From an uncultured Candidatus Binatia bacterium (GTDB lineage Bacteria > Desulfobacterota > Binatia > UBA9968 > JAJDTQ01), in NCBI GenBank assembly GCA_965242525.1, contig OZ251459.1, positions 3,168,001 through 3,232,000 on the forward strand: 64,000 nucleotides of DNA. Reading direction: 5' to 3'. Position numbers and translations under genes: made by a program. Below, one piece after another: positions 30,522-40,338 of the stretch. Below the pieces are notes generated by a model. The model made no database searches, was not told the DNA's origin, and saw only the letters and a list, made by a program, of their open reading frames with translations. How positions within the stretch are numbered: position 1 is the first letter of the stretch; each line of letters starts with the position of its first letter.

Positions 30522-30976
30522 TGGAACACGGTTCGAAGGCCGACGACCTCCCGGATGACGCCCACGTAGTCCGCTACGTCAAGCCACGCAAGCTTCTTGG
30601 AGACGGCAGTGTGGACGGCTCCGAATTTCGTTTGCGGCCTGACGACAAGGGCTTGTCCGTCAATTGGCTCGAGTGTTTTCGCGACCGTTCGAAAGAGGAG
30701 CAACTCGCCGAAGTGAGGCGGCTATCGCGGCTGCGGATGAGAGCAAGCGGCTGTCTTGCCGAACTCAACGTGGGCGCGACGAAACGGCATGTTCAGCACG
30801 AGGTTGCTGCCCTTCGATTCGTCCATGAGCCGTTGCCTGCCGATGCCGGGCACGAAGCTGACCCCTCACACAGTGAGATCCTGGGGCTGCCTCCGGGAGA
30901 CTCCCCGCAGGCGGCGCTGGTTGGCGACATGATTGCCGAATGCGTACGCGCCACCCACCCGACGGTGGCCAACTAG
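30521..30976 (+). CDS. Hypothetical protein, ART/RES-like motif pattern (third gene of the cassette)
   Basis: TGATG overlap; VVRYV ... FRLR ... GLSVNWLE ... SHSEI. Confidence 0.65.
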   Translation: MEHGSKADDLPDDAHVVRYVKPRKLLGDGSVDGSEFRLRPDDKGLSVNWLECFRDRSKEEQLAEVRRLSRLRMRASGCLAELNVGATKRHVQHEVAALRFVHEPLPADAGHEADPSHSEILGLPPGDSPQAALVGDMIAECVRATHPTVAN

Positions 30977-31011
30977 CGACGGTCCCACGAACAGGTTGGT
31001 ATCGCCTGCGC

Positions 31012-33324
31012 CTAGGAGTCCGCGCGCGCCCGCAGCCACGAGCGGATGCGGTCGGGGCTCAGGGGCAGGTCCTTGACCTCGATGCCCAGGGCGTTGCTGA
31101 CGGCGTTGCCCAGGGCGCCGGCGGTGCCGACGATGCCACCTTCGCCGGCGCCCTTGACGCCCAGCGGGTTGTAGGGGGAGGGGGCTTCTTCCAGCACTAG
31201 GTCGTCGATGGGGGGCACGTCGGTGCTGGTGGGGAGCAGGTAGTCCAGGAACGTGGTGGTCAGGAGTTGGCCGCCGTCTCCGTACACCAGCTCCTCCAGC
31301 ACCACGCCGCCGATGCCCTGGACCGCGGCGCCCACGGTCTGGCCGTGCACCATCAGGGGGTTGACCACGCGGCCCACGTCCTCCACCACCAGGTACTTGA
31401 GCACCTCCATCATGCCGGTCTCGGGGTCCACGGCCACGTGGGCCAGGTGCACGCCGTAGGTGTGGGTGATGTTGTTGGAGTTGTAGTAGGCCGTGGCCTC
31501 CAACTCCGGGACGCCCTGCTCGGTGGTGATGGCCTCGCGCAGGTGCGCCACCAGGTCTCCCAGGGCCAGCGCCGGGGCCTCGGTGCCGGGCTGGACCACC
31601 CGGCCGTCCTCCAGGGCGAGCTTCGACTTGTCCACGTCCAGGCGGCGGCCCGCGGCCTCCAGGATCTTGTCCTTCAGTTGCAATGCGGTCAGGTGCACGG
31701 CGTTGCCCGCCATGACCGTGCCCCGGCTGGCGAAGGTGCCCCAGCCGAAGGGCGACAGGTCGGTGTTGCCGTGGTGGACGGAGATGGCGTCCATGGGGAC
31801 GCCCAGGGCGTCGGCGCAGATCTGGGCCATGGCGGTCTCGTGCCCCTGGCCGAGTTGGGCGATGCTCAGATAGACGCTGACGCCGCCGCCTTCTCCCACC
31901 ACCATGCGGGCGCCCTCGTAAGGCTCCAAGCCGCCGGTGTTCTTGACGAAGTACGACAGGCCGATGCCGTGGCGCCGGCCGTCCTCCATGCGCCCCTGGA
32001 AGGGCCGGAGCTCGTCGTAGCGGAACCGTTCCAGGGCCTGTTCCAGCGCGCTCGGATAGTCGCCGCTGTCGAGGATCGTGGGGTTGGTCCCCGGCCGGGT
32101 CTGCCCCACCTCGTAGGGGATCTCCGCGGGCTGCACCAGGTTCTTCCGCCGCAGCTCCACCGCGTCCATGCCCAGGTCCCGCGCCATCATGTCGAGCATG
32201 CGCTCCCGGTAGAAGCAGGACTCCACCCGCCCCGGGGCCCGGAGCGTACCCAGGCCGGTCTTGTTGGTCATGACGCAGTGGATCTTCGCCTCGTAGTTGG
32301 GGATGCGGTAGGGGCCGGTCAGCAGCGCCGCGGTGGAGCAGGGCACCAGCCCGCCGTGGGTGCGCACGTACGCGCCCATGTCGCCGTATATCCGCGCGCG
32401 CAGGGCCAACAGCGTCCCGTCCCGGCGCGCGGCCACCTCCAGTTCGCAGGTCACTTGGCGCGAGTGGTTGGCCGCCAGCAGGTGCTCGCGCCGGTCCTCG
32501 ATCCACTTGACCGGAAGCCCGAGCTTCATGGACGCGAACGGGACCAGGAAGTCCTCGGGATAGAGTTCGCCGCGGATGCCGAAGCCGCCGCCCACGTCGT
32601 TCTCCTCGAAGTGGCACTTGTGCTCCGGGAGGCGCAGGAAGGCGGCGATGGTCTGCCGGTTCAGGTGGGGCAGCTTGGTGGCGCCATAGACGCTGAGCTC
32701 GCCCTTGCCGCGGTCGAAGTGGGCCACGATGCCCCGGGTCTCCATGGGGTTGCCGGTGAAGCGGTGGACCCGGAACTCCTCGCGGCGCGTGTAGTCGGCT
32801 TCCTCGAACGCCTTGTCCGCATCGCCGATGGAGACGTGGTGGACCCCGGCCAGGTTGGTGCCGTTGGGTTCGTGGACGAGCACATGGTCCCGCAGCGCCT
32901 CCCGCACGTCCATGACTTCCGGCAGCACCTCGTACTCCACCTCGATGGCGTCGATGGCGTCCTCGGCCAGGTAGCGGCTCTCGGCCACGGCCACGGCCAC
33001 GGGCTCGCCCACGTAGCGCGCCACGTCCCGGGCCAGGGCGGGTTGCAGGTACTTTTCCAGCCCCGGGATCTTGTACATGCGGATGGGCACGGTGGCGTCG
33101 AGGTCGCCGATGTCCCGGAGCGTGAACACCGAGAGCACCCCCGGCAGGGCCTCTGCCCCGCGGGTGTCGATGTTCAGGATGCGGGCGTGGGCATGGGGGC
33201 TGCGGAGGATCGCGGCGTGCGCCATGTGGGGCAGCTTGATGTCGTCCACGTAGGTGCCGCTGCCGGTGATGAACCGGACGTCCTCGCGCCGCTTGATGGG
33301 AGCGCCGATGTAGGGTTGCGCCAT
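31012..33324 (-). CDS. Xanthine dehydrogenase/CoxL-like molybdopterin-binding subunit
   Basis: RREDVRFITG, VGGGFG, LRAPG, GQGHET, GVKGAGE; lacks the AYxCSFR motif of form I CODH. Confidence 0.92.
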   Translation of the reverse strand: MAQPYIGAPIKRREDVRFITGSGTYVDDIKLPHMAHAAILRSPHAHARILNIDTRGAEALPGVLSVFTLRDIGDLDATVPIRMYKIPGLEKYLQPALARDVARYVGEPVAVAVAESRYLAEDAIDAIEVEYEVLPEVMDVREALRDHVLVHEPNGTNLAGVHHVSIGDADKAFEEADYTRREEFRVHRFTGNPMETRGIVAHFDRGKGELSVYGATKLPHLNRQTIAAFLRLPEHKCHFEENDVGGGFGIRGELYPEDFLVPFASMKLGLPVKWIEDRREHLLAANHSRQVTCELEVAARRDGTLLALRARIYGDMGAYVRTHGGLVPCSTAALLTGPYRIPNYEAKIHCVMTNKTGLGTLRAPGRVESCFYRERMLDMMARDLGMDAVELRRKNLVQPAEIPYEVGQTRPGTNPTILDSGDYPSALEQALERFRYDELRPFQGRMEDGRRHGIGLSYFVKNTGGLEPYEGARMVVGEGGGVSVYLSIAQLGQGHETAMAQICADALGVPMDAISVHHGNTDLSPFGWGTFASRGTVMAGNAVHLTALQLKDKILEAAGRRLDVDKSKLALEDGRVVQPGTEAPALALGDLVAHLREAITTEQGVPELEATAYYNSNNITHTYGVHLAHVAVDPETGMMEVLKYLVVEDVGRVVNPLMVHGQTVGAAVQGIGGVVLEELVYGDGGQLLTTTFLDYLLPTSTDVPPIDDLVLEEAPSPYNPLGVKGAGEGGIVGTAGALGNAVSNALGIEVKDLPLSPDRIRSWLRARADS

Positions 33325-33400
33325 TTCAGAACTTCCCGTTCCAAGCCCGCGGCGGCCGTCCGCGGCGGCATTGCCGCGGCTCGCCTCCCCGGGCGCGCGA

Positions 33401-33892
33401 TCAATCCTCGTCCGGGCCGGGGCCGAGCTCCGGGGCCGCCTGCGCGATGGCCTCGATGATGGGTTGGTAGCCGGTGCACCGGCAGATGTTGCCCGAGATG
33501 GCTTCGCGGATCTCGGCCTCCGTGGGATCGGGTTTCTCCTTGAGGAACGCGGACGCGGTCATGAGGAACCCCGGTGTGCAGAAGCCGCACTGGAGCGCGT
33601 GCCGGTCCTGGAACGCCGTCTGCAAGGGGTGCAGGCGGTCGCCGTCCGCGAGGCTCTCGACGGTCTCCAGGGCGGCGCCTTCCGCCTGGACCGCGAGGAG
33701 CAGGCACGAGCGCACCGCCTCGCCGTCCATGACCACGGTGCAGGCCCCGCAGACCCCGTGCTCGCAGCCCAGGTGCGTCCCGGTGAGGTCCAGCTCGTTC
33801 CGCAGGAAGTCCGCCAGGGTCATGCGCACTTCCACCAGCTTCTCGTAGGCCTTGCCGTTCACCTTCAGGTTGAGGATGCTCCGGGTGCTCAT
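33401..33892 (-). CDS. (2Fe-2S)-binding small subunit (CoxS-like)
   Basis: GCEHGVCGACTV, QCGFCTPG, CRCTGY. Confidence 0.95.
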   Translation of the reverse strand: MSTRSILNLKVNGKAYEKLVEVRMTLADFLRNELDLTGTHLGCEHGVCGACTVVMDGEAVRSCLLLAVQAEGAALETVESLADGDRLHPLQTAFQDRHALQCGFCTPGFLMTASAFLKEKPDPTEAEIREAISGNICRCTGYQPIIEAIAQAAPELGPGPDED

Positions 33893-34824
33893 GGCGTTGC
33901 CCTCCGTGCGGCCGCGGCCAGCGCGCGCCGGGTCAGGACGCCGCCCACCTCCTTGCGGTAGAGCGCGGAGGCGTGGATGTCCGAGTCGGGGTCGAGCTCG
34001 TCCGCCACGATGCGCTCCACGTCCCTCAGTGTGGCATCGTCGAACGCGGTCCCGTCCAACGCGGGTCCGTCGTCCAACCCGGACTTGTCCAACGTGAACC
34101 CGGACCGTAATGCGGCCCCCTTCAGGCGCTCTTCCGCCTTCTCGACGCGGACGGGCTTTCCGCCCACTCCGAACAGGACGACGCGGGCGTCCTCACAGGC
34201 AGCGCCGTCGATGTCCACCCACAGGGCGACGCCGACCATGGCGAAGTCGCCCTTGCGGCGCGACACTTCGTCGATGGCCCAGAGCCTGCTCGGTTTCCAG
34301 GGCGGCAGCCGGACCTCGGTCAGGACCTCGTTGGCCTCGATGGCCGTGGCCATGTAGCCCAGGTAGAAATCTTCGGCGGGCACGACCCGTTCTCCGGAGG
34401 CGCTGGCGAGGACGAACTCCGCGCCCAACGCCACGGTTACCGCGGGCAACTCCGCGGCCGGGTCTGCGTGGACCAGGCTTCCCCCCACGGTGCCGCGGTT
34501 GCGGATCTGGAAGTGGCCGATCAGGGGCACGGCCGCGGCCAGCAGGGGATTCCCTGCGGCGAGACCCGCGTCCCGCTCCAGCGCCCGCTGGCGCGTCAAC
34601 GCCCCGATGCCGATGCCGCTGTCGCCGCCGTCGGCGATCCGGTCCAGACCGGGAACCCGGTTCAGGTCGATGACGGCCGCGGGACGCGCCAACCGCAGGT
34701 TCATGAGCGGCATGAGGCTCTGGCCGCCGGCCAGGACCTTCCCGTCCTCGCCGTGCTCGTCGAGCAGGCGCACCGCCTCGTCGAGGCTCTCCGGACAGTA
34801 ATAGGCAAAGGGCGCAGGTTTCAT
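33889..34824 (-). CDS. FAD-binding medium subunit (CoxM-like)
   Basis: MKPAPFAY, AGGQSLMP, IRNRGTVGGS, ADPAAE; ATGA overlap with the small subunit. Confidence 0.93.
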   Translation of the reverse strand: MKPAPFAYYCPESLDEAVRLLDEHGEDGKVLAGGQSLMPLMNLRLARPAAVIDLNRVPGLDRIADGGDSGIGIGALTRQRALERDAGLAAGNPLLAAAVPLIGHFQIRNRGTVGGSLVHADPAAELPAVTVALGAEFVLASASGERVVPAEDFYLGYMATAIEANEVLTEVRLPPWKPSRLWAIDEVSRRKGDFAMVGVALWVDIDGAACEDARVVLFGVGGKPVRVEKAEERLKGAALRSGFTLDKSGLDDGPALDGTAFDDATLRDVERIVADELDPDSDIHASALYRKEVGGVLTRRALAAAARRATP

Positions 34825-34952
34825 GGGGATGGACGCTGCTTCTCGGGCGCGTAGCCCGATTTCCGCAACCTATAGCATGGCTCTACCAACACGCCAAGGC
34901 CGCGTTGCAGGAGGGCAAGGTAGCCGGGAGGCAGACGTCGCGGACGCCCCAC

Positions 34953-35064
34953 CCACGTCATTCCCGCGAAAGCGGGAATCCATCCGTGTTCGTACAACGA
35001 GAACGATGAAACTGGATTCCCGCTTTCGCGGGAATGACGTGGTGCGGCTTTCGCGGGGATGACG
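34953..35064. repeat. REP-like palindromic doublet (CGTC-tagged / dRS3-like) plus a partial third unit
   Basis: Perfect 30-bp inverted repeat CCACGTCATTCCCGCGAAAGCGGGAATCCA at 34953-34982 and 35013-35042. Confidence 0.85.
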
Positions 35065-35147
35065 GGATGGGGAGTGTCGCAACCCACACGAAAGCCGGAA
35101 GAGCCATCAAGTCCTCTGTCAAAAGAGAGAGCGCCCATCCCCTCGCG

Positions 35148-36719
35148 CTACCGGGCCGTGACCCGCTGGCTGATGGCGTTCGCCGCGGCGTGGGCGGCCA
35201 GCACGGCGCCTTCCTGCCAGCCGGGCAGGACGGTGATCTGGTCGCCGGCGATCCAGATCGCGCCGTCGGGCTTGGTCAGCGCTTCCGGTGCCCCGTCGCC
35301 GTATTCGGGCCAGCCGCCCTTCTGGAAGGGGACCTTCGCCCAGGCCCGGCTGACCCCGGATTCGATCTCCGACGCATATCCGCGATGGATCCGCCCGCCC
35401 TCGGCCATGGCCGCCTGCAAGCGCTCCGGCGGAGGCATCTTTTCAAAGCGCTTGCAGGGCTCGTCGTCCCAGACGTAGGCGCCGAGGATCACGCCCTTGT
35501 CGCGATGGTAGCCGTTCGCCGGATACCAGATCTGCGTGATGTCCTGGTCGGTCCACGAGATCCCGCCGTAGATGGCGTGATCCTCCTCCCAGAAGCGGCG
35601 GCGGGCCTGGAAGGCGATCTTGACGGCCGGGACGAACTTCACGGACGCGAGCGCCGCCCGCACCTCCGGGGAGAAGTCGTTGGGGACGTCCTTCAGGACG
35701 GTGGCGGGGATGGTGCAGATCGCGAAGTCGGCGTCGACGGCCTCGTCGGCGCCGGTGCGCGTATCCCGGCAGACGATGCGGGCCCCGCCGGGCGTCTTGC
35801 GGATCTCGGTGACGACGCGCCCGTACCGGATGAGGGCGCCCACGCGCTGTTCGAACGCCCTGGCGATGGCGTCCATGCCCCCGACCGGCTGCATCAGCGT
35901 CGGGTTGGAGTCGAGGAACTGGCTGTAATGGAGCTTGTATTCCCAGAATTCGGACCGGAGCAGCTCGCTGAAGTCCAGGGGGTCGTGCACCTCCCCGGCC
36001 TCGAGCCCCGCGTTGATGCGTTCGCCCCGGTATCCGCCGCGGCTGGAGCCCTTGTAGAGATGATCCGGGTCCAGGTCGCCGAAGCTGCGGAGCATGGCGA
36101 GGACGCGCTCCTTGTCCTCGCCCGAGAGCGCGCTGTCCAGGGCGTTGCCGTTCACCGACTTGGCGAGCAGCTCGGCGACGTACCCGCGCAGATCGGTCGT
36201 GACCCGGCGGCCCGGAACGGGCTCGCCGCCGAACCGCTCCCGGTTGTGGAACAGGGCCGCGCGGTTGTCGTTGGTGAAGACCTCCAGCTCGACCCCGAAC
36301 TCCTTGCAGTAGCCGAGGATCGCCCGGTGGTGGTAGGGGATGCGGGCCGGCCCGAGGTTCGCATACATGTGGTCCTGCCGGTCGAAGTCCACCCATTGGC
36401 GGCTGTCGGTCTCCCGGACCACGTCGCCGCCGCGCACGGTGAGGTTGCGCCCGCCGGCCCGGCCGGTGGCTTCCAGGATGGTGCAGCGGTAACCGGCTTT
36501 CGACAGCTCGTAGGCCGCGGTCATGCCGGAGACGCCGGCCCCGAGGATGGCCACGCTCTTGCCCTGGCCGGAGCTGCGAGGCAGGTCGAGGGGCGCGGCG
36601 TGGGCCTCGCCCATGCCCGACAGGCCCAGGGCCTGCATGGTCCGATAGACGGCGTCCACCCCGGCCACCGCGCCGACGGACTGGATGAAGTTCCGTCTGG
36701 TCATCTTCATGGTCTTCAC
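35148..36719 (-). CDS. Flavin monoamine oxidase / L-amino-acid oxidase family, Tat-exported
   Basis: TRRNFI twin-arginine signal, GAGVSG, RAGGR, GPARIP, PGWQEGA. Confidence 0.9.
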   Translation of the reverse strand: MKTMKMTRRNFIQSVGAVAGVDAVYRTMQALGLSGMGEAHAAPLDLPRSSGQGKSVAILGAGVSGMTAAYELSKAGYRCTILEATGRAGGRNLTVRGGDVVRETDSRQWVDFDRQDHMYANLGPARIPYHHRAILGYCKEFGVELEVFTNDNRAALFHNRERFGGEPVPGRRVTTDLRGYVAELLAKSVNGNALDSALSGEDKERVLAMLRSFGDLDPDHLYKGSSRGGYRGERINAGLEAGEVHDPLDFSELLRSEFWEYKLHYSQFLDSNPTLMQPVGGMDAIARAFEQRVGALIRYGRVVTEIRKTPGGARIVCRDTRTGADEAVDADFAICTIPATVLKDVPNDFSPEVRAALASVKFVPAVKIAFQARRRFWEEDHAIYGGISWTDQDITQIWYPANGYHRDKGVILGAYVWDDEPCKRFEKMPPPERLQAAMAEGGRIHRGYASEIESGVSRAWAKVPFQKGGWPEYGDGAPEALTKPDGAIWIAGDQITVLPGWQEGAVLAAHAAANAISQRVTAR

Positions 36720-36989
36720 CTGCCTTTCCGCCGGCCGTCCCCAAGGGGGCCGGTCCGAACACGGCGCAGGAAGCGGATACCCGGACGGCGAGGGTCTTGT
36801 CGCGCCTTCTTGCAGGGGCCTTATTGTTTCACGGACTATTGCACGGACGCGCCCGCAAGAAAAGCGTGGGAGGGGCGTCGAAAGGGCGTTGGAATGCCGG
36901 GTTCGAGCCGCTGCGCCGACCCGGATCAGCGCTGCGCGCCGCCGCCGGATCCCCCTGTGGACGGCTTGGCCCCGGGGCCGCGGCCGTTC

Positions 36990-37018
36990 TTGACATTTGA
37001 GAACGGGGAAAGTAGTTT
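36990..37018 (+). promoter_or_regulatory. Sigma70-like promoter for the second TAXI-TRAP operon
   Basis: TTGACA-N17-TAGTTT about 100 bp upstream of ATG 37120. Confidence 0.5.
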
Positions 37019-37119
37019 CAGCATCTTTGGCCGTCCGGGGCGCCGCGCACGAGGCGCTTCCGGCAGTCCGGCAGGGTAGTCCGGTAGGGTAATCCGGCAG
37101 ATCGGAAAGGAGTTCTCCA

Positions 37120-38082
37120 ATGCGGCGACGGAAACGGTTTCAAGTGGTCCTGTTCATCGCGCTCTTCGTCGGGAGCCTCGCGGTTGCGCCGTCCGTCCTG
37201 GCGGACAGCTACAAGTTCGGCGTGTCGAAGCCCGGCGGCTCCTGGTATCCCATCGGGACCGTGGTCCAGCGGCTGGCCGAGAAAAAGGACGGAGACAAGG
37301 TGTCGCTGGACATCGGCGGAGGAACGTCCAACCTGCTGAACGTCATGGCCGGAAAGCTCCACTTCGGGCTGACCAGCGCAACCTCGGTGTCCGAAGCGCT
37401 CAAGGGCCGGGGAAAGTTCGCGGGCAAGGAGGAAGCGGCGAAGAAGGTGCGGCTGGCCGCGGTGCTGTACCCCAACTACCTGTTCTGGGTGGTGTGGGCC
37501 GATTCCGACATCACGTCCTACGAGCAGCTCAAGGGCAAGAGCGTCAACGTGATGCCCAAGCGGTTCTCGTTCCAGGCCCTGAACCAGCAGATGCTGGGCG
37601 CGCTGGGCATCGAATACGAGGACTTCTCCAAGGTCAACTACCTCGGCTTCAACGACGCCGTGGCCCAGATGAAGGACAAGCACATCGACGCCTACCTCGG
37701 ACCCGGCGAGGAGAACTACGCCCCCATCGTCCAGTTGGCCGCCCACGCGCCCATCCGGATCCTCTCGTTCTCCAAGGAAGCCCAGATGAAGATGAACACC
37801 GCCAACCCCGCGGCCGTGCCCTTCACCCTGGACAAGAAGTACTACGAGCAGACCGCGGACGTGAACACGGTCCAGACCTTCGTGACCATCGTCACCAACG
37901 CCGACGTTTCGGAAGAGCAGGTCTATAAGTTCACCAAGCTGGTCTATGACAACCTCGGGGAGTTCGCGGGCGCGGTGAAGGCGTTCTCACGGGTCAAGGC
38001 CGAGAACGGCGCCGCGGACATGGGCATCGTCCGTCATGCCGGCATGACCCGCTACCTGAAGGAAAAGGGAATCCTCAACTAG
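37120..38082 (+). CDS. TAXI-family TRAP solute-binding subunit
   Basis: Signal peptide, GGSWYPIG, GGGTSNL, HAGMTRYLKEKG; AAGGAG RBS. Confidence 0.9.
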   Translation: MRRRKRFQVVLFIALFVGSLAVAPSVLADSYKFGVSKPGGSWYPIGTVVQRLAEKKDGDKVSLDIGGGTSNLLNVMAGKLHFGLTSATSVSEALKGRGKFAGKEEAAKKVRLAAVLYPNYLFWVVWADSDITSYEQLKGKSVNVMPKRFSFQALNQQMLGALGIEYEDFSKVNYLGFNDAVAQMKDKHIDAYLGPGEENYAPIVQLAAHAPIRILSFSKEAQMKMNTANPAAVPFTLDKKYYEQTADVNTVQTFVTIVTNADVSEEQVYKFTKLVYDNLGEFAGAVKAFSRVKAENGAADMGIVRHAGMTRYLKEKGILN

Positions 38083-38097
38083 GCGAGGGACTCCTCG

Positions 38098-38135
38098 AAG
38101 AGGGGCGGCGCGGAAGCGCTGGCCCCTCTTTTTTT
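38098..38135 (+). terminator. Intrinsic terminator-like hairpin between the SBP and permease genes
   Basis: AAGAGGGGC...GCCCCTCTT stem followed by a T run. Confidence 0.65.
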
Positions 38136-38235
38136 GCTCCCGGGCGCCTCGGCAGCGCCCGGGAGAGCGGCCTTCCGCAACTTCGCGTCTTCGCACCGCG
38201 TCGGACACCGGCTCCGGGGCGCACGGGCAGCACAC

Positions 38236-40131
38236 ATGCAGCGTCGTCTCACAGGCATCCCCGGCATGGTCCTGAGCCTCGTGGCTCTCGCGGCCTCCCT
38301 CTACCACCTCTACACCGGCTTCTTCGGGCAGCCGGAAGCCTACCTGCACCGGGTGATCCACGTCACCCTGATGATCTGGATCACGCTGATGAGCTACGCC
38401 GCGTTCAAGCGGCCGGACGACGGCAAGCTCCCCTGGTACGACGCGCTGGTGGTCCTGGGCTGGCTCCTGTCCATGGGCTACATCTTCTACGAATACGACT
38501 GGATCGTGGAGCACATCGGCCACACCGAGACCTTCGCGCCCTACCAGATCGTCCTGGCCTTCGGCGGCGTCGCGCTGGTGCTGGAGGCGTGCCGCCGCGC
38601 CATCGGCTGGCCCCTCATGGCCCTGGCCCTCGTCGTCTTCCTGTTCGCCTTCGCGGGGCCGTACCTGCCCGGGTTCCTGCACCACGAGGGCTACTCGCTG
38701 TCGCTGGTGGCCGACAACCAGTACTTCCTCACCGACGGACTGTTCGGGCTCCCCACCCACATCTCGGCCAACTTCATCTTCCTGTTCATCGTCTTCGGCG
38801 CCTTCCTGGAGAAGTCGGGCTTCGGGCAGTTCACCATCGAGTTCGCCACCGCGCTGGCGGGCCGCTTCCGGGGCGGTCCGGCCAAGATCGCGGTGTTGTC
38901 CAGCGGCCTCATGGGCTCCATCTCGGGCAGCAGCACCGCCAACGCGGTGATCACCGGCTCCTTCAGCATCCCGATGATGAAGAAGATCGGGTTCCGGGGC
39001 TACATGGCGGGAGCGGTGGAGGCGTCGGCTTCCACCGGCGGGCTGATCATGCCGCCGGTGATGGCGTCGGCCGGCTTCCTCATGTCGGAATACACCGGCA
39101 TCCCCTACGTCAACGTGATGCAGTACATCCTGATCCCCGCGGTGCTCTACTTCCTGGCCGTGGGCATCATGGTGCACATCTACGCGGTCAAGGAGAAGAT
39201 CCCCACGGTGCCGCGGGAGGAGCTGCCGAGCCTCAAAAAGACCCTGATGGACCGGGGCCACCTGGCGCTGCCGCTGCTGATCCTCATCTACCTGCTGGTG
39301 GCGGGCTTCAGTCCGGGCTACGCGGTGGTGCGCTGCATCATCGCCATCGTGATCGTAAGCTGGTTCCGCAAGGAAACGCGCATGGGACCCAGGGCCGTCT
39401 GGGAGGCGCTGGTCCAGGGCGGGCTCCAGGCCACGGTGGTGGCGGTGGCCATCATCACTTCCGGCATCATGGTGGGCATCTTCGACCTGTCCGGGGTCGC
39501 CATCCGCTTCTCTGGCCTGATCGTGGACTTGGCGGGCGGGCAGTTGTTGCTGGCCCTCGTCTATGTGATGATCACGGCCATCGTCCTCGGCATGGGGCTG
39601 CCGCTGTCCTCCGCGTACATCGTCCAGGTGGGCATCGCCATCCCGGCCCTGGTCACCATGCTGAGGAGCATGGGCCTGGACGCCGACGCCATCGTGCCCC
39701 AGGCGCACCTGTTCGTGATCTTCTTCTGCGCGTTCTCCTCCATTACCCCGCCCACCGCGCCCACCAGCTATGCGGCCGCGGCCATTGCCCAGTCGCCGGT
39801 GGTGGCCACGTCCGTCGAAGCCGTGAAGCTCGCCTTGCCGGCCTTCGTGCTCCCCTACGCGTTCGTGGCCAACTCCGCGCTGCTGACCATCGGCACGCCC
39901 CTGGAGGTCACCGTGACCGTCTTCTTCGCCGTGTGCAGCATGGTGGCCATGGGGGTCGCGGTCCAGAGCTACTGCTTCCTGCGCCTGGACGCCTTGAGCC
40001 GCGTCCTGTTCCTCGCGGTCAGCCTGGGAATGGTGGCGCCGTCGATCCAATGGAACGCGGCGAGCCTGGCGCTGGGCGCAGCGCTGGGGGTTTACTGCCG
40101 GTTCCGTTCCCGCATGGCTGGCGGACCGTAG
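38236..40131 (+). CDS. TRAP transporter fused permease (4TM/12TM)
   Basis: GGPAKIAV, GSISGSSTAN, ASTGGLIMPPVM, ITPP. Confidence 0.92.
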   Translation: MQRRLTGIPGMVLSLVALAASLYHLYTGFFGQPEAYLHRVIHVTLMIWITLMSYAAFKRPDDGKLPWYDALVVLGWLLSMGYIFYEYDWIVEHIGHTETFAPYQIVLAFGGVALVLEACRRAIGWPLMALALVVFLFAFAGPYLPGFLHHEGYSLSLVADNQYFLTDGLFGLPTHISANFIFLFIVFGAFLEKSGFGQFTIEFATALAGRFRGGPAKIAVLSSGLMGSISGSSTANAVITGSFSIPMMKKIGFRGYMAGAVEASASTGGLIMPPVMASAGFLMSEYTGIPYVNVMQYILIPAVLYFLAVGIMVHIYAVKEKIPTVPREELPSLKKTLMDRGHLALPLLILIYLLVAGFSPGYAVVRCIIAIVIVSWFRKETRMGPRAVWEALVQGGLQATVVAVAIITSGIMVGIFDLSGVAIRFSGLIVDLAGGQLLLALVYVMITAIVLGMGLPLSSAYIVQVGIAIPALVTMLRSMGLDADAIVPQAHLFVIFFCAFSSITPPTAPTSYAAAAIAQSPVVATSVEAVKLALPAFVLPYAFVANSALLTIGTPLEVTVTVFFAVCSMVAMGVAVQSYCFLRLDALSRVLFLAVSLGMVAPSIQWNAASLALGAALGVYCRFRSRMAGGP

Positions 40132-40338
40132 TCCGCGGTTGCCCGGTTTACGCTGCGGGGTTGCTGGCGTCACCTCTCCCCTTGTACCGGCCGCATAAAC
40201 GGGCTGGATTGGCACAAGAGACACGATCGGGTCAGTGCATTCGACACGAAAACCCATTTGTCTGCGCTGCTCAAGGAGTCGGACAGGGGCGTCCGTGCAC
40301 GCTGTCGGCGCAGATTGCGGCACGAAAGGTTCCCTTGT

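Noticed and set aside
30987-31000. ACGAACAGGTTGGT shared with 47558-47571
   Set aside because: A single 14-bp match with no further shared structure; it could be chance.
31012-34824. Aerobic CO dehydrogenase (coxMSL)
   Set aside because: The large subunit has TLRAPG rather than AYxCSFR, and no cox accessory genes are adjacent.
37059-37101. Three to four TCCGG(C/T)AG short repeats in the TAXI leader
   Set aside because: Too short and irregular to assign a function.
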